From an uncultured Candidatus Saccharibacteria bacterium (lineage in GTDB: Bacteria; Patescibacteriota; Doudnabacteria; UBA920), in assembly GCA_964532425.1 (NCBI GenBank), contig CAZHIA010000004.1:83740-147739 (forward strand): 64,000 nt of DNA, in the 5' to 3' direction. Below are positions 46,094 through 55,941 of this stretch, piece by piece (position 1 is the first letter of the stretch; each line of letters starts with the position of its first letter). The position numbers and the translations under genes were made by a program. The notes under the pieces are model-generated. The model was given only the letters and a program-made list of their open reading frames with translations. It was not told the origin of the DNA and searched no databases.

Positions 46094-47303
46094 CAAGCAC
46101 ACATTCTTCAAAGCGTTTAATATTATTTTTAATCAAAAATAACTTATCAGCCTTTTCTTGAGCGAAGCTGCCCATAACCGACAATTTCTCTCTTCCTGTT
46201 TGAATGAATTCTTCCATATACTTTTCATATGCACCCACATCATCTATTCCGGCGATACGGGAGAATGACGGTTCCAAGTATTCCAGATGCGCGTTCCAGA
46301 CTGTCGAAATATGAGAGATGACTGGCTTGCCGCAAAGCATACTTTCGGCAATGTTCAGTCCCATGGTTTCGCCATCACGGCGGAAATGTGCAAGTGCGTC
46401 AATGGCATTATGAAAAGCCCATACATCCTGTTCCTTGCCGGATGGCGGAATAAAATGGACATTGGGTATATGTTCTTTTCGAACCAGTTCTTCCAAAACC
46501 GGCGGCGGCGACATGATGAGATAATGGGCATTCGGATGCCGAGCCACTATTTTTTGGAACGCGCGAATTCCGATAGGGTCAAAGATATTATTATCCGGCC
46601 GGCCGATTCTGCCAAAAACAATGTCAGTTTCTTCCAGCCCAAGGTCCTGCCGGATCTCGCAACCCCGCTGAAAGGCCTCAGTATCCGGACCTTCACTTTG
46701 GATATAAAGCGTTTCCACATCCCTATTACGAAGCACTGCGCTAACACGCTCAGTCAAATAATCAGAAATACAAAGATGTTTAATAACATTCTTCTGGGGA
46801 TTAACAGAACCAAAAATATTGAGATGGACAATAGGAAGTTTGGTTATATTGGCAACCGGAAATTCCGGGTAACCGGAACCTGCCGCCACTACCAAGTCGA
46901 TGTCATGCTGTTTAAGAACCTCAAAAATATGGGGTTGCATGTGTTCTAGATAAAAAGGAAAGCCACTGGTCCGTTCGGAGAAAGAAAAATCTATCAGTCG
47001 AATGCCGCTATTCTGTAAGTAATCCAATCGAGCCGTTGAAAATTTTGATGAGTACATAAAATACACATCGAATAATTCCTTATTCAGATGTTTTGCCAGT
47101 ATCTGTAATGATTTTTGAGTCCCGGCAAAGCTTAATCCGCCGACATCATAGAAAAGCAACCGCTTCTTGCCTGTTTGGATTTGAGGAATGTATCTGAATA
47201 CAGGATACCGCCTGGACTTCCACAGCCTCCACAAACCTAAGATATATTTTAACTTGGGAAGCGCGTGTACAGGGATAACTCTTTTTACTTTAATGACGTC
47301 CAT
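46074..47303 (-). CDS. Glycosyltransferase family 4 (GT-B)
   Basis: C-terminal motif NIAESMLCGKPVISH (E-x7-E type) within a length of about 400 aa. Confidence 0.7.
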   Translation of the reverse strand: MDVIKVKRVIPVHALPKLKYILGLWRLWKSRRYPVFRYIPQIQTGKKRLLFYDVGGLSFAGTQKSLQILAKHLNKELFDVYFMYSSKFSTARLDYLQNSGIRLIDFSFSERTSGFPFYLEHMQPHIFEVLKQHDIDLVVAAGSGYPEFPVANITKLPIVHLNIFGSVNPQKNVIKHLCISDYLTERVSAVLRNRDVETLYIQSEGPDTEAFQRGCEIRQDLGLEETDIVFGRIGRPDNNIFDPIGIRAFQKIVARHPNAHYLIMSPPPVLEELVRKEHIPNVHFIPPSGKEQDVWAFHNAIDALAHFRRDGETMGLNIAESMLCGKPVISHISTVWNAHLEYLEPSFSRIAGIDDVGAYEKYMEEFIQTGREKLSVMGSFAQEKADKLFLIKNNIKRFEECVLDAIQSK

Positions 47304-47459
47304 ATTTGAAATAGAATTTTGTAGTATTTTGCATCCTTACAACAGACTCATTTCCTACGCCAATGTATAACAGTTATGTACTTGTCTGCACCGATTCGGC
47401 GGAAAAATTTTCGGTTGCTGATCAGGTGATCCCAGAATTAACCTTGGGTTATCTTGATC

Positions 47460-47975
47460 CTACTTTTCAAATTCGTGCAAGAGGTGTTCCGGGCAATCAG
47501 ACGGAACCATATAATATTTTATCCGAAAGGTTTCAGCTAGTACTTGGTCGCTGCTGCTATCGCCAATGTACAGGGATTCGCTCAAATCAATTTCATGCTT
47601 TTGTAAAGCCTGATGCATAAGGCCCGGACCGGGTTTTCGGCACTGGCATGTTCCCGTCTCGTGAGGGCAATAAAAAATGTCTAGAATTTCTATGCCTTCT
47701 GAGGCAAATAAATTTTGCATCTTTTTATGTATAAGCTCCAAGTCCCGCTCGGAAAACATCCCCCGTGCTATTCCCCGTTGGTTGGTTAAAATGATGAATT
47801 CAAAACCTTCCGATTGAAGTCTCTTGAGAATGGGGAAGATCCCGGGAAGCACTTCAAAATCCTCATGATGCTTAATATAGTCATGCGGCGCAGCACGGCG
47901 ATTTATAACCCCGTCCCTATCCAAAAATGCTATTTTTTTAACCATGACCATTCTGTTAATTGAAGCCTTATACAT
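47460..47975 (-). CDS. gmhB: D-glycero-D-manno-heptose 1,7-bisphosphate phosphatase (GmhB; HAD-IIIA)
   Basis: DRDGVIN (HAD motif I), the Zn-binding CPHxxxxxCxCRKP motif (CPHETGTCQCRKP) and GDSSSD. Confidence 0.8.
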   Translation of the reverse strand: MYKASINRMVMVKKIAFLDRDGVINRRAAPHDYIKHHEDFEVLPGIFPILKRLQSEGFEFIILTNQRGIARGMFSERDLELIHKKMQNLFASEGIEILDIFYCPHETGTCQCRKPGPGLMHQALQKHEIDLSESLYIGDSSSDQVLAETFRIKYYMVPSDCPEHLLHEFEK

Positions 47976-48012
47976 CCCACACTCTCTACCGGGCTTTTCC
48001 CTGAATCATTTC

Positions 48013-48771
48013 CTACTTATGATTGGAGCAAACTGCCACCATAAATCGCGAACGAACGACCCAGGATTCTTGAGTGCCAAAAACGATATCCTTCTCTTCT
48101 AATTCCGGTTTAATCCAATTGATAAGTTTAAGCTTCAACGAATTGTTCCACTTATATGGAATGACTTTTCTAAAAGAGTACAAAATAGGGTTCACGAGAT
48201 ACCATACCCAATGGTCATTATAAACCGGGGTACGCTGACCGTAAAAAGTATCGATGGCAAAGAATCCGCCCAAGGCTTCTTTAAATTCCGAAATGGTCAT
48301 TTCAAAACAATGGTGGGGATTAATAGGCTGTTTGGTACCTGGTGAATATAAAGTTTTATTCGGTGTCGAGATATAAACCAAGCCCCCCGGTTTAAGCACC
48401 CTCTTAATCTCGGAAAGGAATCTTTTCCAGTCACAGATATGTTCAAATACCTCATAAGCGACCACGACATCAAAGCTGCTGTCAGGAAAAGGGATTTCCG
48501 TTCCTGAACCCTGCTTGTATTCAATTTTGGCATTATTCCAATTTTGTCTAGCATAATCCAGCGCTTCCGCCGAGACATCAACACCTTTTACAGCGGAAAA
48601 TTTGTCAGCCAGAACGAAACTTCCATGGCCACTGCCACACCCAATATCGAGCACGGTTCCGGCAGGGACGCCTTCAACCAGTCGATACCTCGCTAAATGT
48701 TCCAGCAAATTGTTTTTAGACAATTGGCTTTTACTATCCAACCGCTCACCACCAAATCTGTTTTGGCTCAT
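48013..48771 (-). CDS. Class I SAM-dependent methyltransferase
   Basis: Motif I VLDIGCGSGHGS. The start is placed at MSQNRF, 1 nt after the upstream stop. The track ORF extends into the upstream gene. Confidence 0.65.
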   Translation of the reverse strand: MSQNRFGGERLDSKSQLSKNNLLEHLARYRLVEGVPAGTVLDIGCGSGHGSFVLADKFSAVKGVDVSAEALDYARQNWNNAKIEYKQGSGTEIPFPDSSFDVVVAYEVFEHICDWKRFLSEIKRVLKPGGLVYISTPNKTLYSPGTKQPINPHHCFEMTISEFKEALGGFFAIDTFYGQRTPVYNDHWVWYLVNPILYSFRKVIPYKWNNSLKLKLINWIKPELEEKDIVFGTQESWVVRSRFMVAVCSNHK

Positions 48772-48772
48772 A

Positions 48773-49762
48773 CTACAAATTTTTGTTAATGAATAAGACT
48801 TTACTTCCTTCGGGGTCAAATTTGATTTCCATTTCTTTATACTTACATAAGGCTTTCTTGATACCTTCATGGCTATCTGGCGGTGCAAAAACCATTAAAA
48901 ATCCGCCACCCCCAGCCCCGAGTATTTTGCCTCCCAAAGCGCCGTTTTGCCTGGCTGCATCATACATGGCATCGATTTCCGAATTAGTGATGGTCTTTGC
49001 CAAACTCCTTTTTAGCAGCCAACCTTCGTGCAACACCCTGCCAAAATCTTCCAGCTTGCCGTTCTCTAAATCGTGCTTGAGCGTTTTTGCCATGCCGGCC
49101 ATTTCCTTCAGGGTCTGAATATTCTTCTCTTCAGAAAATCCCTGCACCTGCTCCCTGAGAACATGGTGGGCAGTCCGCTGAATACCCGTATAAAACAGTA
49201 ATAGCGAATCTTCCAGATCCCTCAAAGTTTCTTCCCGCGTCAGAACACAGTCGACTTGTATATGCCCGCTCGACAAGTACTGAATAAATTTAAATCCGCC
49301 AAAACTTGCTATGTACTGGTCCTGCTTGCCAATCGGTTCTTTGAGCACCTCAATCTCTATTCTGCACGCCTCGTCAGCCAGCTGTTGTTCGGAAACCGTT
49401 TGTCCCCTATGGGCATACAAAGCCCTCAACAGACCCACCAAAAAACTGCTACTGCTCCCAAGACCCGTACCCTTAGAAGGTATGTCAGCCAAGGTTACAA
49501 TTTCCAGACCGCTCGAAATGCCAAGGTGGCGCAGCGCTTCGCGGACACGAGTATGCTCCAGTTCGTCAAGGTGGCTCACATTTTCGGTTTTGGAATAGCT
49601 CACGCGCAGCTGATCATCATGGAAATGCTTGCTGACCGTTACATATACGTACTTATTGATAGCAGTGGAAAGCGTTGCTCCTCCGTGCTCGAGATAGAAT
49701 TGAGGAATATCACTGCCTCCTCCGGCAAAGCTTATCCGAAGAGGTGCCTTTACAATGACCAT
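48773..49762 (-). CDS. hddA: GHMP-family sugar kinase, probably D-glycero-D-manno-heptose 7-phosphate kinase (HddA)
   Basis: GHMP motif PSKGTGLGSSSSF. N-terminal VKAPLRISFAGGGSD typical of HddA-like kinases. Pathway context with gmhB and hddC. Confidence 0.7.
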   Translation of the reverse strand: MVIVKAPLRISFAGGGSDIPQFYLEHGGATLSTAINKYVYVTVSKHFHDDQLRVSYSKTENVSHLDELEHTRVREALRHLGISSGLEIVTLADIPSKGTGLGSSSSFLVGLLRALYAHRGQTVSEQQLADEACRIEIEVLKEPIGKQDQYIASFGGFKFIQYLSSGHIQVDCVLTREETLRDLEDSLLLFYTGIQRTAHHVLREQVQGFSEEKNIQTLKEMAGMAKTLKHDLENGKLEDFGRVLHEGWLLKRSLAKTITNSEIDAMYDAARQNGALGGKILGAGGGGFLMVFAPPDSHEGIKKALCKYKEMEIKFDPEGSKVLFINKNL

Positions 49763-49770
49763 ATAGTTGG

Positions 49771-50499
49771 CTATGTATGAAAATAAAACTTTGCTAAATC
49801 TTGCGCTTTATTATAACTTTCCACTGTCCCGATGTCGAGCAAAAGCTCCTGCATGGGATACGCAATCAGTTGTTGGCCACTGGCAAGCATGACCGGAAAC
49901 ACGTGCCGGCCAAAGTCATACGGACGTGTGGCAGTGCCGTCAAGCTTTTTGATAAAATCCGGTGAAAGGACATAAATACCTGCATTAGCATGACGACTCG
50001 TAATCTGATCGATGGGCGGCTTCTCTATAAATTTCGTAATATTCAAACGGTTGTCGAAATGTACAATACCTTTGCTTTCCGGGTGTTCTTCCTTATACAC
50101 AGCTATCGTAGCCGTGCCCCCATTTTCGAAATGATGTTTAATTAGACGGTCGTAATCGATATTCGTCAAATTATCCCCGTAAACCACCAGCGTGTGGCCA
50201 CCTTGAAAATAATCCTTATTTTTCAACAAAGTACCGGCACTGCCGAGCAACTCCGGCTCATACGTCAGGGTTATGTCCATCTCCGGAAACCGAGCCTTAT
50301 ACTCGTCCTTAAAAACCTGAACCTGCTCTGGCAAATAGTGAGTATTTATAAGCACCTGGTGCACACCCGCTTTACGTAAGGCCTTCAAATGCCAAAATAG
50401 CAGCGGCTGGCCCGCTACTGGCACTAAAGGTTTTGGAACAGTATCGGTGATGGGCCGAAGTCGAGTACCGAGTCCAGCCGCTAGGATCAGGGCTCTCAT
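49771..50499 (-). CDS. hddC: Sugar-1-phosphate nucleotidyltransferase, probably D-glycero-D-manno-heptose 1-phosphate guanylyltransferase (HddC)
   Basis: N-terminal ALILAAGLGTRLRPITDTVPKPL nucleotidyltransferase signature. About 240 aa. Context. Confidence 0.65.
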   Translation of the reverse strand: MRALILAAGLGTRLRPITDTVPKPLVPVAGQPLLFWHLKALRKAGVHQVLINTHYLPEQVQVFKDEYKARFPEMDITLTYEPELLGSAGTLLKNKDYFQGGHTLVVYGDNLTNIDYDRLIKHHFENGGTATIAVYKEEHPESKGIVHFDNRLNITKFIEKPPIDQITSRHANAGIYVLSPDFIKKLDGTATRPYDFGRHVFPVMLASGQQLIAYPMQELLLDIGTVESYNKAQDLAKFYFHT

Positions 50500-51485
50500 G
50501 CGTGTTTCTCAAGATAATTGTATGCGGTTCTTATGATATCCTCTATGCTCGTGTATTTGGGTTGCCAACCAAGGTCCTGCTGTGCACTGCTGGCATCGGC
50601 AATGAGAACTGAAGGGTCGCCGGGGCGGCGCTCCTTGATTGAGTACTTTATTTTTTCCCCCGTTACCCTTTCTGCGGCTTTTATGAGTTCCAAAACTGAA
50701 AATCCCTTATTGATTCCAAGATTGTATTGCTGGCACACGGTAGCACTGCCAAACAGCTTCCCGAGAGCCAAAATATGAGCTTCGGCTAAGTCATTTACAT
50801 GGACATAATCCCGTATGCCGGTGCCATCCGGAGTTGGAAAATCGTTGCCATACACAAAGAACTCATCCCGCTTCCCCATGGCCGTATTCAGCAACATAGG
50901 AATTACATGAGTCTCTGGATTATGGTTCTCACCAATAAGCCCCGACTCATCATTACCGCTGGCGCAAAAGTACCTAAACGAAACCGAACTCAGCCCATAC
51001 GCCTTATGAAAATCTTTCAGGATCTGCTCGAACACAAGCTTGGTATACCCATAGGGATTTGTTGGCACTTTTTGATGGTTTTCGGAAATAATCTGATTAT
51101 TCGGTTCTCCGTATACTGAAGCGGATGATGAAAAAACCATGCGATGTACTCCATGCTCCCGCATGCAGGAAAGCAGATTTAAACCTCCTACAATGTTATT
51201 CTCATAATACCCTAGTGGATCCTTAACCGAATTCGGAACATTGGCCAAGGCAGCAAAATGAACGACAATGTCCGGCTGAACACTAGCGAACAGCTGTTTG
51301 AGCTTCGGCTTATCGCACATGTCCACCTCGTGGTAGGTGACCTTTGGATCGTTGATGGTATTACTGCGGCTCTGACTAAAGTTGTCCGCGACGTCAATAG
51401 TAAAACCCTGCTGTTTTCTCAGTAGGTTAACAAAATGGGAGCCTATGTATCCCGCTCCGCCGGTGACGAGAACTGTTTTATTCAT
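50496..51485 (-). CDS. galE: UDP-glucose 4-epimerase (GalE)
   Basis: VLVTGGAGYIGSH Rossmann motif and a YxxxK catalytic motif (YGYTK). 329 aa. Confidence 0.85.
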   Translation of the reverse strand: MNKTVLVTGGAGYIGSHFVNLLRKQQGFTIDVADNFSQSRSNTINDPKVTYHEVDMCDKPKLKQLFASVQPDIVVHFAALANVPNSVKDPLGYYENNIVGGLNLLSCMREHGVHRMVFSSSASVYGEPNNQIISENHQKVPTNPYGYTKLVFEQILKDFHKAYGLSSVSFRYFCASGNDESGLIGENHNPETHVIPMLLNTAMGKRDEFFVYGNDFPTPDGTGIRDYVHVNDLAEAHILALGKLFGSATVCQQYNLGINKGFSVLELIKAAERVTGEKIKYSIKERRPGDPSVLIADASSAQQDLGWQPKYTSIEDIIRTAYNYLEKHA

Positions 51486-51486
51486 G

Positions 51487-52443
51487 CTATTTAATGATTT
51501 TCTTTATATGCCTCCTCAGTTTGATGAGGGGTTGGAGATAAATATGAAGAACAGAAGGTTTGGGCTGTCGGCCAACGCGCTTTACGAATTCAGTTCTCAA
51601 CTCCGGAATATCCCAAATTTCCAAAGGTTCAAAATTTTCGATACCAAACCTGTCAAAGAAACTAATAACGGTTTTTAAATGCCACGAAGGAGGCAAATTT
51701 TCGATATTGGCTGGCATCACAAGACCTTCGAACCACTCTTTCGGTATGGGAGAGAATTTAAATCCCGGGTTCTTTTCCGGAAAATAGTACTTATTATTTA
51801 TCTTTACATACCTGCCTGGCTCATGAATAAGATCCGAGCAACGGCACCAGGCTTGTTTGAGCATACATCGATTCCAGTTGACGAAGGTAAAGTGTAAGCA
51901 CGCTCCGGTCTGGGGTTCGAGCCGTATGGAGTTCTGGTCAGTAGTCAACCCTGGCGTGCGGCCGACATGCATAAAAGCAAAAGAGTGCTGCAGGTCTTGG
52001 CTGTCACAGAATACCAAATCTTTATAATTATCCTTAAAGAGCGAACGCTTGTCATCTATAAAAATGTAAGGATCCTTCCATAAAAACATCCACTGCATAA
52101 GCAATTTCTGACCCGGCTTGAGCTGGGATATAATTTCCCTTCCGTGCTGTCTGAATGGCAAAGAAAAGGCTTCATCGGCGTCCAGACAAATAAAATGAGT
52201 ACCGCCACGCTTCCTCCCCTCTTCCAAAAGCCGCTGCCGCATTGAGAATTCAGGGGTACCGCTTTTCCAGACCTCGTGGTTTTCCAATACTATTGCTCCG
52301 GCGTTTTGGAGAATGTGCTTGGTATCGTCGGTTGAACCGTCGTCAATGGCAATAACCTCATCTGCCAGATCTTTCATGCCGGACAGGTAGGTTGGAAGGA
52401 TCCATGATTCGTTTTTTACCATCAACAAAGCAATGATCTTCAT
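51487..52443 (-). CDS. Glycosyltransferase family 2
   Basis: ALLMVKNESWIL...AIDDGSTDDT and DADE motifs. Confidence 0.75.
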   Translation of the reverse strand: MKIIALLMVKNESWILPTYLSGMKDLADEVIAIDDGSTDDTKHILQNAGAIVLENHEVWKSGTPEFSMRQRLLEEGRKRGGTHFICLDADEAFSLPFRQHGREIISQLKPGQKLLMQWMFLWKDPYIFIDDKRSLFKDNYKDLVFCDSQDLQHSFAFMHVGRTPGLTTDQNSIRLEPQTGACLHFTFVNWNRCMLKQAWCRCSDLIHEPGRYVKINNKYYFPEKNPGFKFSPIPKEWFEGLVMPANIENLPPSWHLKTVISFFDRFGIENFEPLEIWDIPELRTEFVKRVGRQPKPSVLHIYLQPLIKLRRHIKKIIK

Positions 52444-53396
52444 TTCTTCATTCTCCTGATTACTTTCTTAAACACCCAAACAGGATCAGTAACAAGATAT
52501 CTGAGTCCTGCACTCAACTTTTCCAACTTCTCAACATTGAACATATTTCTTCTGAGGCCTGACCGAAAATAATTGGCAAACCTTTGTTGCAACATAGTCT
52601 CGTACTCCGGCACAAATTCCCTGACATGCTTCTTTTGGCCATTCCAGTATACATGGTAAATGTCGTACTGAAGTGCTTGGGGCAGGAGGCTATAATTTAT
52701 TTTGTCATATATGCCATAACGCAGCTGAACCACAGTCCGCTCAATCTGTTGCAACTTACCACTACTAGCACTGTTACTATTCTCATAGCGCGTATAGTAG
52801 AGCAGAGCGTCGCCGGGAGTTTTCCTGAATTCGCAGTTGAAGGCCGCTCTGACCTGAAAATCAAAATCACTGCCCGATCGAAACTGCTCATCCCACAAGC
52901 CCACTTTTTTGAGAAGCGATGTTCTAAAAAAATGATTAGGCCCGACAATGGAAGCCCTGGTGGCCAGATCCTTGGTAAAATCCTTAACCTTGATCTGTAA
53001 ACCCTTGTGCGAGCCCTGCTCCGACACGATTACAAAATCCCCGTATGTATAATCCGCATCAGGATAAGCCCTCAGAGTTGCGATTTCGCGGGTAAAGCAA
53101 TCCGCTGCCCTTATATCATCGACGTCTGCGAGCGCCAAAAACTCGGAATCCAAATGGGTAAAACCGCGATTAGTCGAAGCAGCAATAGATTCCCGGGGTA
53201 CGGTAATCACCCGAATGTTTTCCGGGAATCTCGTTCTATATTCCTCCACAATAGCCGTCTCTAGAGCATTAGGATCGTTGAGAATCAACACTATCTCGAA
53301 CTCACTGAAACCCTCAAGCCGGGTAACATTCTCAAAGTAAGCCCTGAGGTACTTTTCGCTCTTATACGTAGTAGTTACTATCGAGAGTTTTTTCAT
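52440..53396 (-). CDS. Glycosyltransferase family 2
   Basis: SIVTTTYKSEKYL... and DVDD motifs. 4-nt overlap with the downstream gene. Confidence 0.75.
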   Translation of the reverse strand: MKKLSIVTTTYKSEKYLRAYFENVTRLEGFSEFEIVLILNDPNALETAIVEEYRTRFPENIRVITVPRESIAASTNRGFTHLDSEFLALADVDDIRAADCFTREIATLRAYPDADYTYGDFVIVSEQGSHKGLQIKVKDFTKDLATRASIVGPNHFFRTSLLKKVGLWDEQFRSGSDFDFQVRAAFNCEFRKTPGDALLYYTRYENSNSASSGKLQQIERTVVQLRYGIYDKINYSLLPQALQYDIYHVYWNGQKKHVREFVPEYETMLQQRFANYFRSGLRRNMFNVEKLEKLSAGLRYLVTDPVWVFKKVIRRMKK

Positions 53397-53407
53397 AAGG
53401 AACGAAC

Positions 53408-54346
53408 CTAGACGTTCGAAAAAGGATTTTTGATGTTTATAACCTCTAACACCCGAATCAATTCATCTATACCCTCTTCCAGGCTCACCGTAACGTCATA
53501 CCCCAGAGCGCCGATTTTCTTATACGAAACCACATAATCCCGCTTGTCCTGATCTTCGCCAACCTCAGCGAAATGAAGGTAAGCACCAGTCTTTTTGGCA
53601 ATAAGTTCAGCTACTTCTTTCTTGCTCATATTCATCTTTTCCGATCCCATGTTATACACCTGCCCCTTCATTTTATCGTAATTATCCAGGGCAAACGCAA
53701 AGGACCTGGCTATGTCTGAAACGTGGATGAACGTACGCTTAAAACCACCTTCGTATACCACAAGATACTTTTGTTTAACGCATAAATAGGCAAATTCATT
53801 GATGAGAAGATCGAGCCGCAACCGGGGCGAGACGCCGAAGGCTGTAGCAAATCGGTAAGCGACGGCTTGACCTGTCTCCATGGCTATTTTTTCCGCTTCT
53901 GTCTTTGTCTTGCCGTAAATACTCAATGGCCGAAGCGGCGACTCTTCCGTGCAAATAGGCTCTGTAAGTTCAGACAATTTGCCGTAGTTCGAGCCGGTCG
54001 AACCAAACATGAGCATCTGGCTTGAACTTAGTGCCTCCACGACATTCTTGGTTCCCCCTACATTTACTTCTTCGGCAAGTCTGGGATTTTCCCTACATGC
54101 CGGAAAACCGACAATAGCGGCCAAATGGATAACCGCGTCTTTGTCTTGCATGGCCTGTTTAACCGCGCCCGCATCTCTCACATCTCCCTTGATGAATGTA
54201 AAGTGCTTGTTTCGGAAAAACGGAACAAGCACCGTACCGCCATACATCAGGTTATCATAAATGGTAACCTCATGGCCCTGGCTTAACAATAACGGCGTTA
54301 AAGTCGTCCCTATGTATCCCGCACCTCCGGTAATGAGTATCTTCAT
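53408..54346 (-). CDS. NAD-dependent epimerase/dehydratase (extended SDR)
   Basis: ILITGGAGYIG Rossmann motif and YGKTK catalytic motif. Confidence 0.8.
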   Translation of the reverse strand: MKILITGGAGYIGTTLTPLLLSQGHEVTIYDNLMYGGTVLVPFFRNKHFTFIKGDVRDAGAVKQAMQDKDAVIHLAAIVGFPACRENPRLAEEVNVGGTKNVVEALSSSQMLMFGSTGSNYGKLSELTEPICTEESPLRPLSIYGKTKTEAEKIAMETGQAVAYRFATAFGVSPRLRLDLLINEFAYLCVKQKYLVVYEGGFKRTFIHVSDIARSFAFALDNYDKMKGQVYNMGSEKMNMSKKEVAELIAKKTGAYLHFAEVGEDQDKRDYVVSYKKIGALGYDVTVSLEEGIDELIRVLEVINIKNPFSNV

Positions 54347-54353
54347 AGTTTAA

Positions 54354-55271
54354 CTATATTAATTCCTTATAATATTCTATGGTATTTTTGATACCGGTTT
54401 CCAAAGGGGTGAACCGGAAATCCGGATAGGCTTTGCGGAAGTTCGTATCGTCAAGGATTTTGGTGGGGGCTCCATCGGCATATTGGGTATTAAAACGGAA
54501 TTCCACGGGGTACTGCAATACTTGAGCGGCAATGGCTGCTATCTCGGAAATTGAGTATCCAGTTTTCTGACCCAAGTTCAAGGGATAGACCTGGCGTTCG
54601 ATATTGAGAGAATCGACCAAAATTGCTGCCGCGTCTTCGATGTACGCCCATTCCCGAATTGGCTTGCCACTACCCCAAATCTCGAACACTTTGTCGCCTG
54701 CCTTCTGGGCCTTCATGAGTCGGATGATAATACCATTGAGGGCGTGGACCTTATTGGGATCAGTATAGTCGCCGGGTCCGTATGCATTGGGAATAATCCA
54801 ATTGACGCTATTGATATTGTACTGCCGATGGTAGCTATGGGCAAAGGCATAAATCATTCTGCGTACTGACCCGTACGCAAGCACCGACTCGTGGACCGAT
54901 CCTTTTTCCCAGTCGGCTTCGGTCTGGATTTCCGCATCGCCCGGGTACGAGCAATTGGAAATAGGGTTAATGAGTTTCGCATTTGGTGCCGCCTGCCTGA
55001 GTGCTTCGTATACATTTATTACGATTTGCATATTGTCACGAATCATGCCCGCGGAATACTGCATGGCATAGTGTACACTGCCGACATGAGCTGCGCAATT
55101 TATTATGATATCGGGATTGATTTCCTCCAAACGATTTTTAAAGACGGGGAAGTCGGTTATGTCCACACCTTCCCGGCGAGAAATGGAAATAACATCCACA
55201 CCTTTCTCTTTCAGCATGCGGACCACGTGCCTTCCTAAAAACCCAGTTCCTCCAAGGACCAATACTTTCAT
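54354..55271 (-). CDS. GDP-L-fucose synthase (Fcl)-like GDP-sugar 3,5-epimerase/4-reductase
   Basis: VLGGTGFLG. PNAYGPGDYTDP, WGSGKPIREWAYIED and DGAPTKILD align with the E. coli Fcl motifs. The start is at MKVLVL (ATG 55269-55271), with GGGAGTGAGG upstream. Confidence 0.75.
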   Translation of the reverse strand: MKVLVLGGTGFLGRHVVRMLKEKGVDVISISRREGVDITDFPVFKNRLEEINPDIIINCAAHVGSVHYAMQYSAGMIRDNMQIVINVYEALRQAAPNAKLINPISNCSYPGDAEIQTEADWEKGSVHESVLAYGSVRRMIYAFAHSYHRQYNINSVNWIIPNAYGPGDYTDPNKVHALNGIIIRLMKAQKAGDKVFEIWGSGKPIREWAYIEDAAAILVDSLNIERQVYPLNLGQKTGYSISEIAAIAAQVLQYPVEFRFNTQYADGAPTKILDDTNFRKAYPDFRFTPLETGIKNTIEYYKELI

Positions 55272-55278
55272 ATATACC

Positions 55279-55932
55279 TCACTCCCACATTGGGATCTTA
55301 TTTTTTTCGAGCTCGTCTCGACTGACAGGCTTCTCGTACCTGGGAGAAATGAGCATGCGGTCCCCCACCTCGTCATGGATGTAAGCCATGGCGTCTATCA
55401 GACATTCCTTGCCTATTCTCACATTTTGGTAGACAAAAGAATTGCTGCCGATGAGGGATCCTTCCCCAATTTGGCAATTACCGCTGATACGCGCCCCCGG
55501 CTGGATAAAGTTGTTACCTGCCAGCACACTATCATGTCCCACCGAAGCATTGTAATTGACCACGCAGTGATCGCCCACAACCGCATTAGTGGAAATGGTG
55601 GCATGAGGCATAATGACGCAGCCGCGACCAATTTTTGCCGAAGGTGCTATAGCAGCGGACGGATGAATAATGGAAAAGGCTTGAAAATGGGGGTATTTAC
55701 TCAAAGCTTCTATACAGAGCTTTCGATTGGTGCCGCCAAATCCAATAGTGTAGAACAAGTTCCAGGTTTCGGCTTCTACCGATGCCTTTTGAAAATACTC
55801 CTCGCTAAAGTAAACCATCTCCAAGTCCTGAAACGTTTTGGCATAATAAAGTTCGGCCATCTCCCTAATTTCTACTGCCATATTCTTGACGCCAAAGATT
55901 ACCAGCTTATTCTTTTTATCATTGAGTGCCAT
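55279..55932 (-). CDS. Sugar N-acetyltransferase of the PglD/NeuD family (left-handed beta-helix)
   Basis: N-terminal Rossmann-like domain followed by hexapeptide repeats (IGRGCVI, VGDHCVV, IGEGSLIGSNSFV). Confidence 0.8.
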   Translation of the reverse strand: MALNDKKNKLVIFGVKNMAVEIREMAELYYAKTFQDLEMVYFSEEYFQKASVEAETWNLFYTIGFGGTNRKLCIEALSKYPHFQAFSIIHPSAAIAPSAKIGRGCVIMPHATISTNAVVGDHCVVNYNASVGHDSVLAGNNFIQPGARISGNCQIGEGSLIGSNSFVYQNVRIGKECLIDAMAYIHDEVGDRMLISPRYEKPVSRDELEKNKIPMWE

Positions 55933-55941
55933 GGGTTTGGT

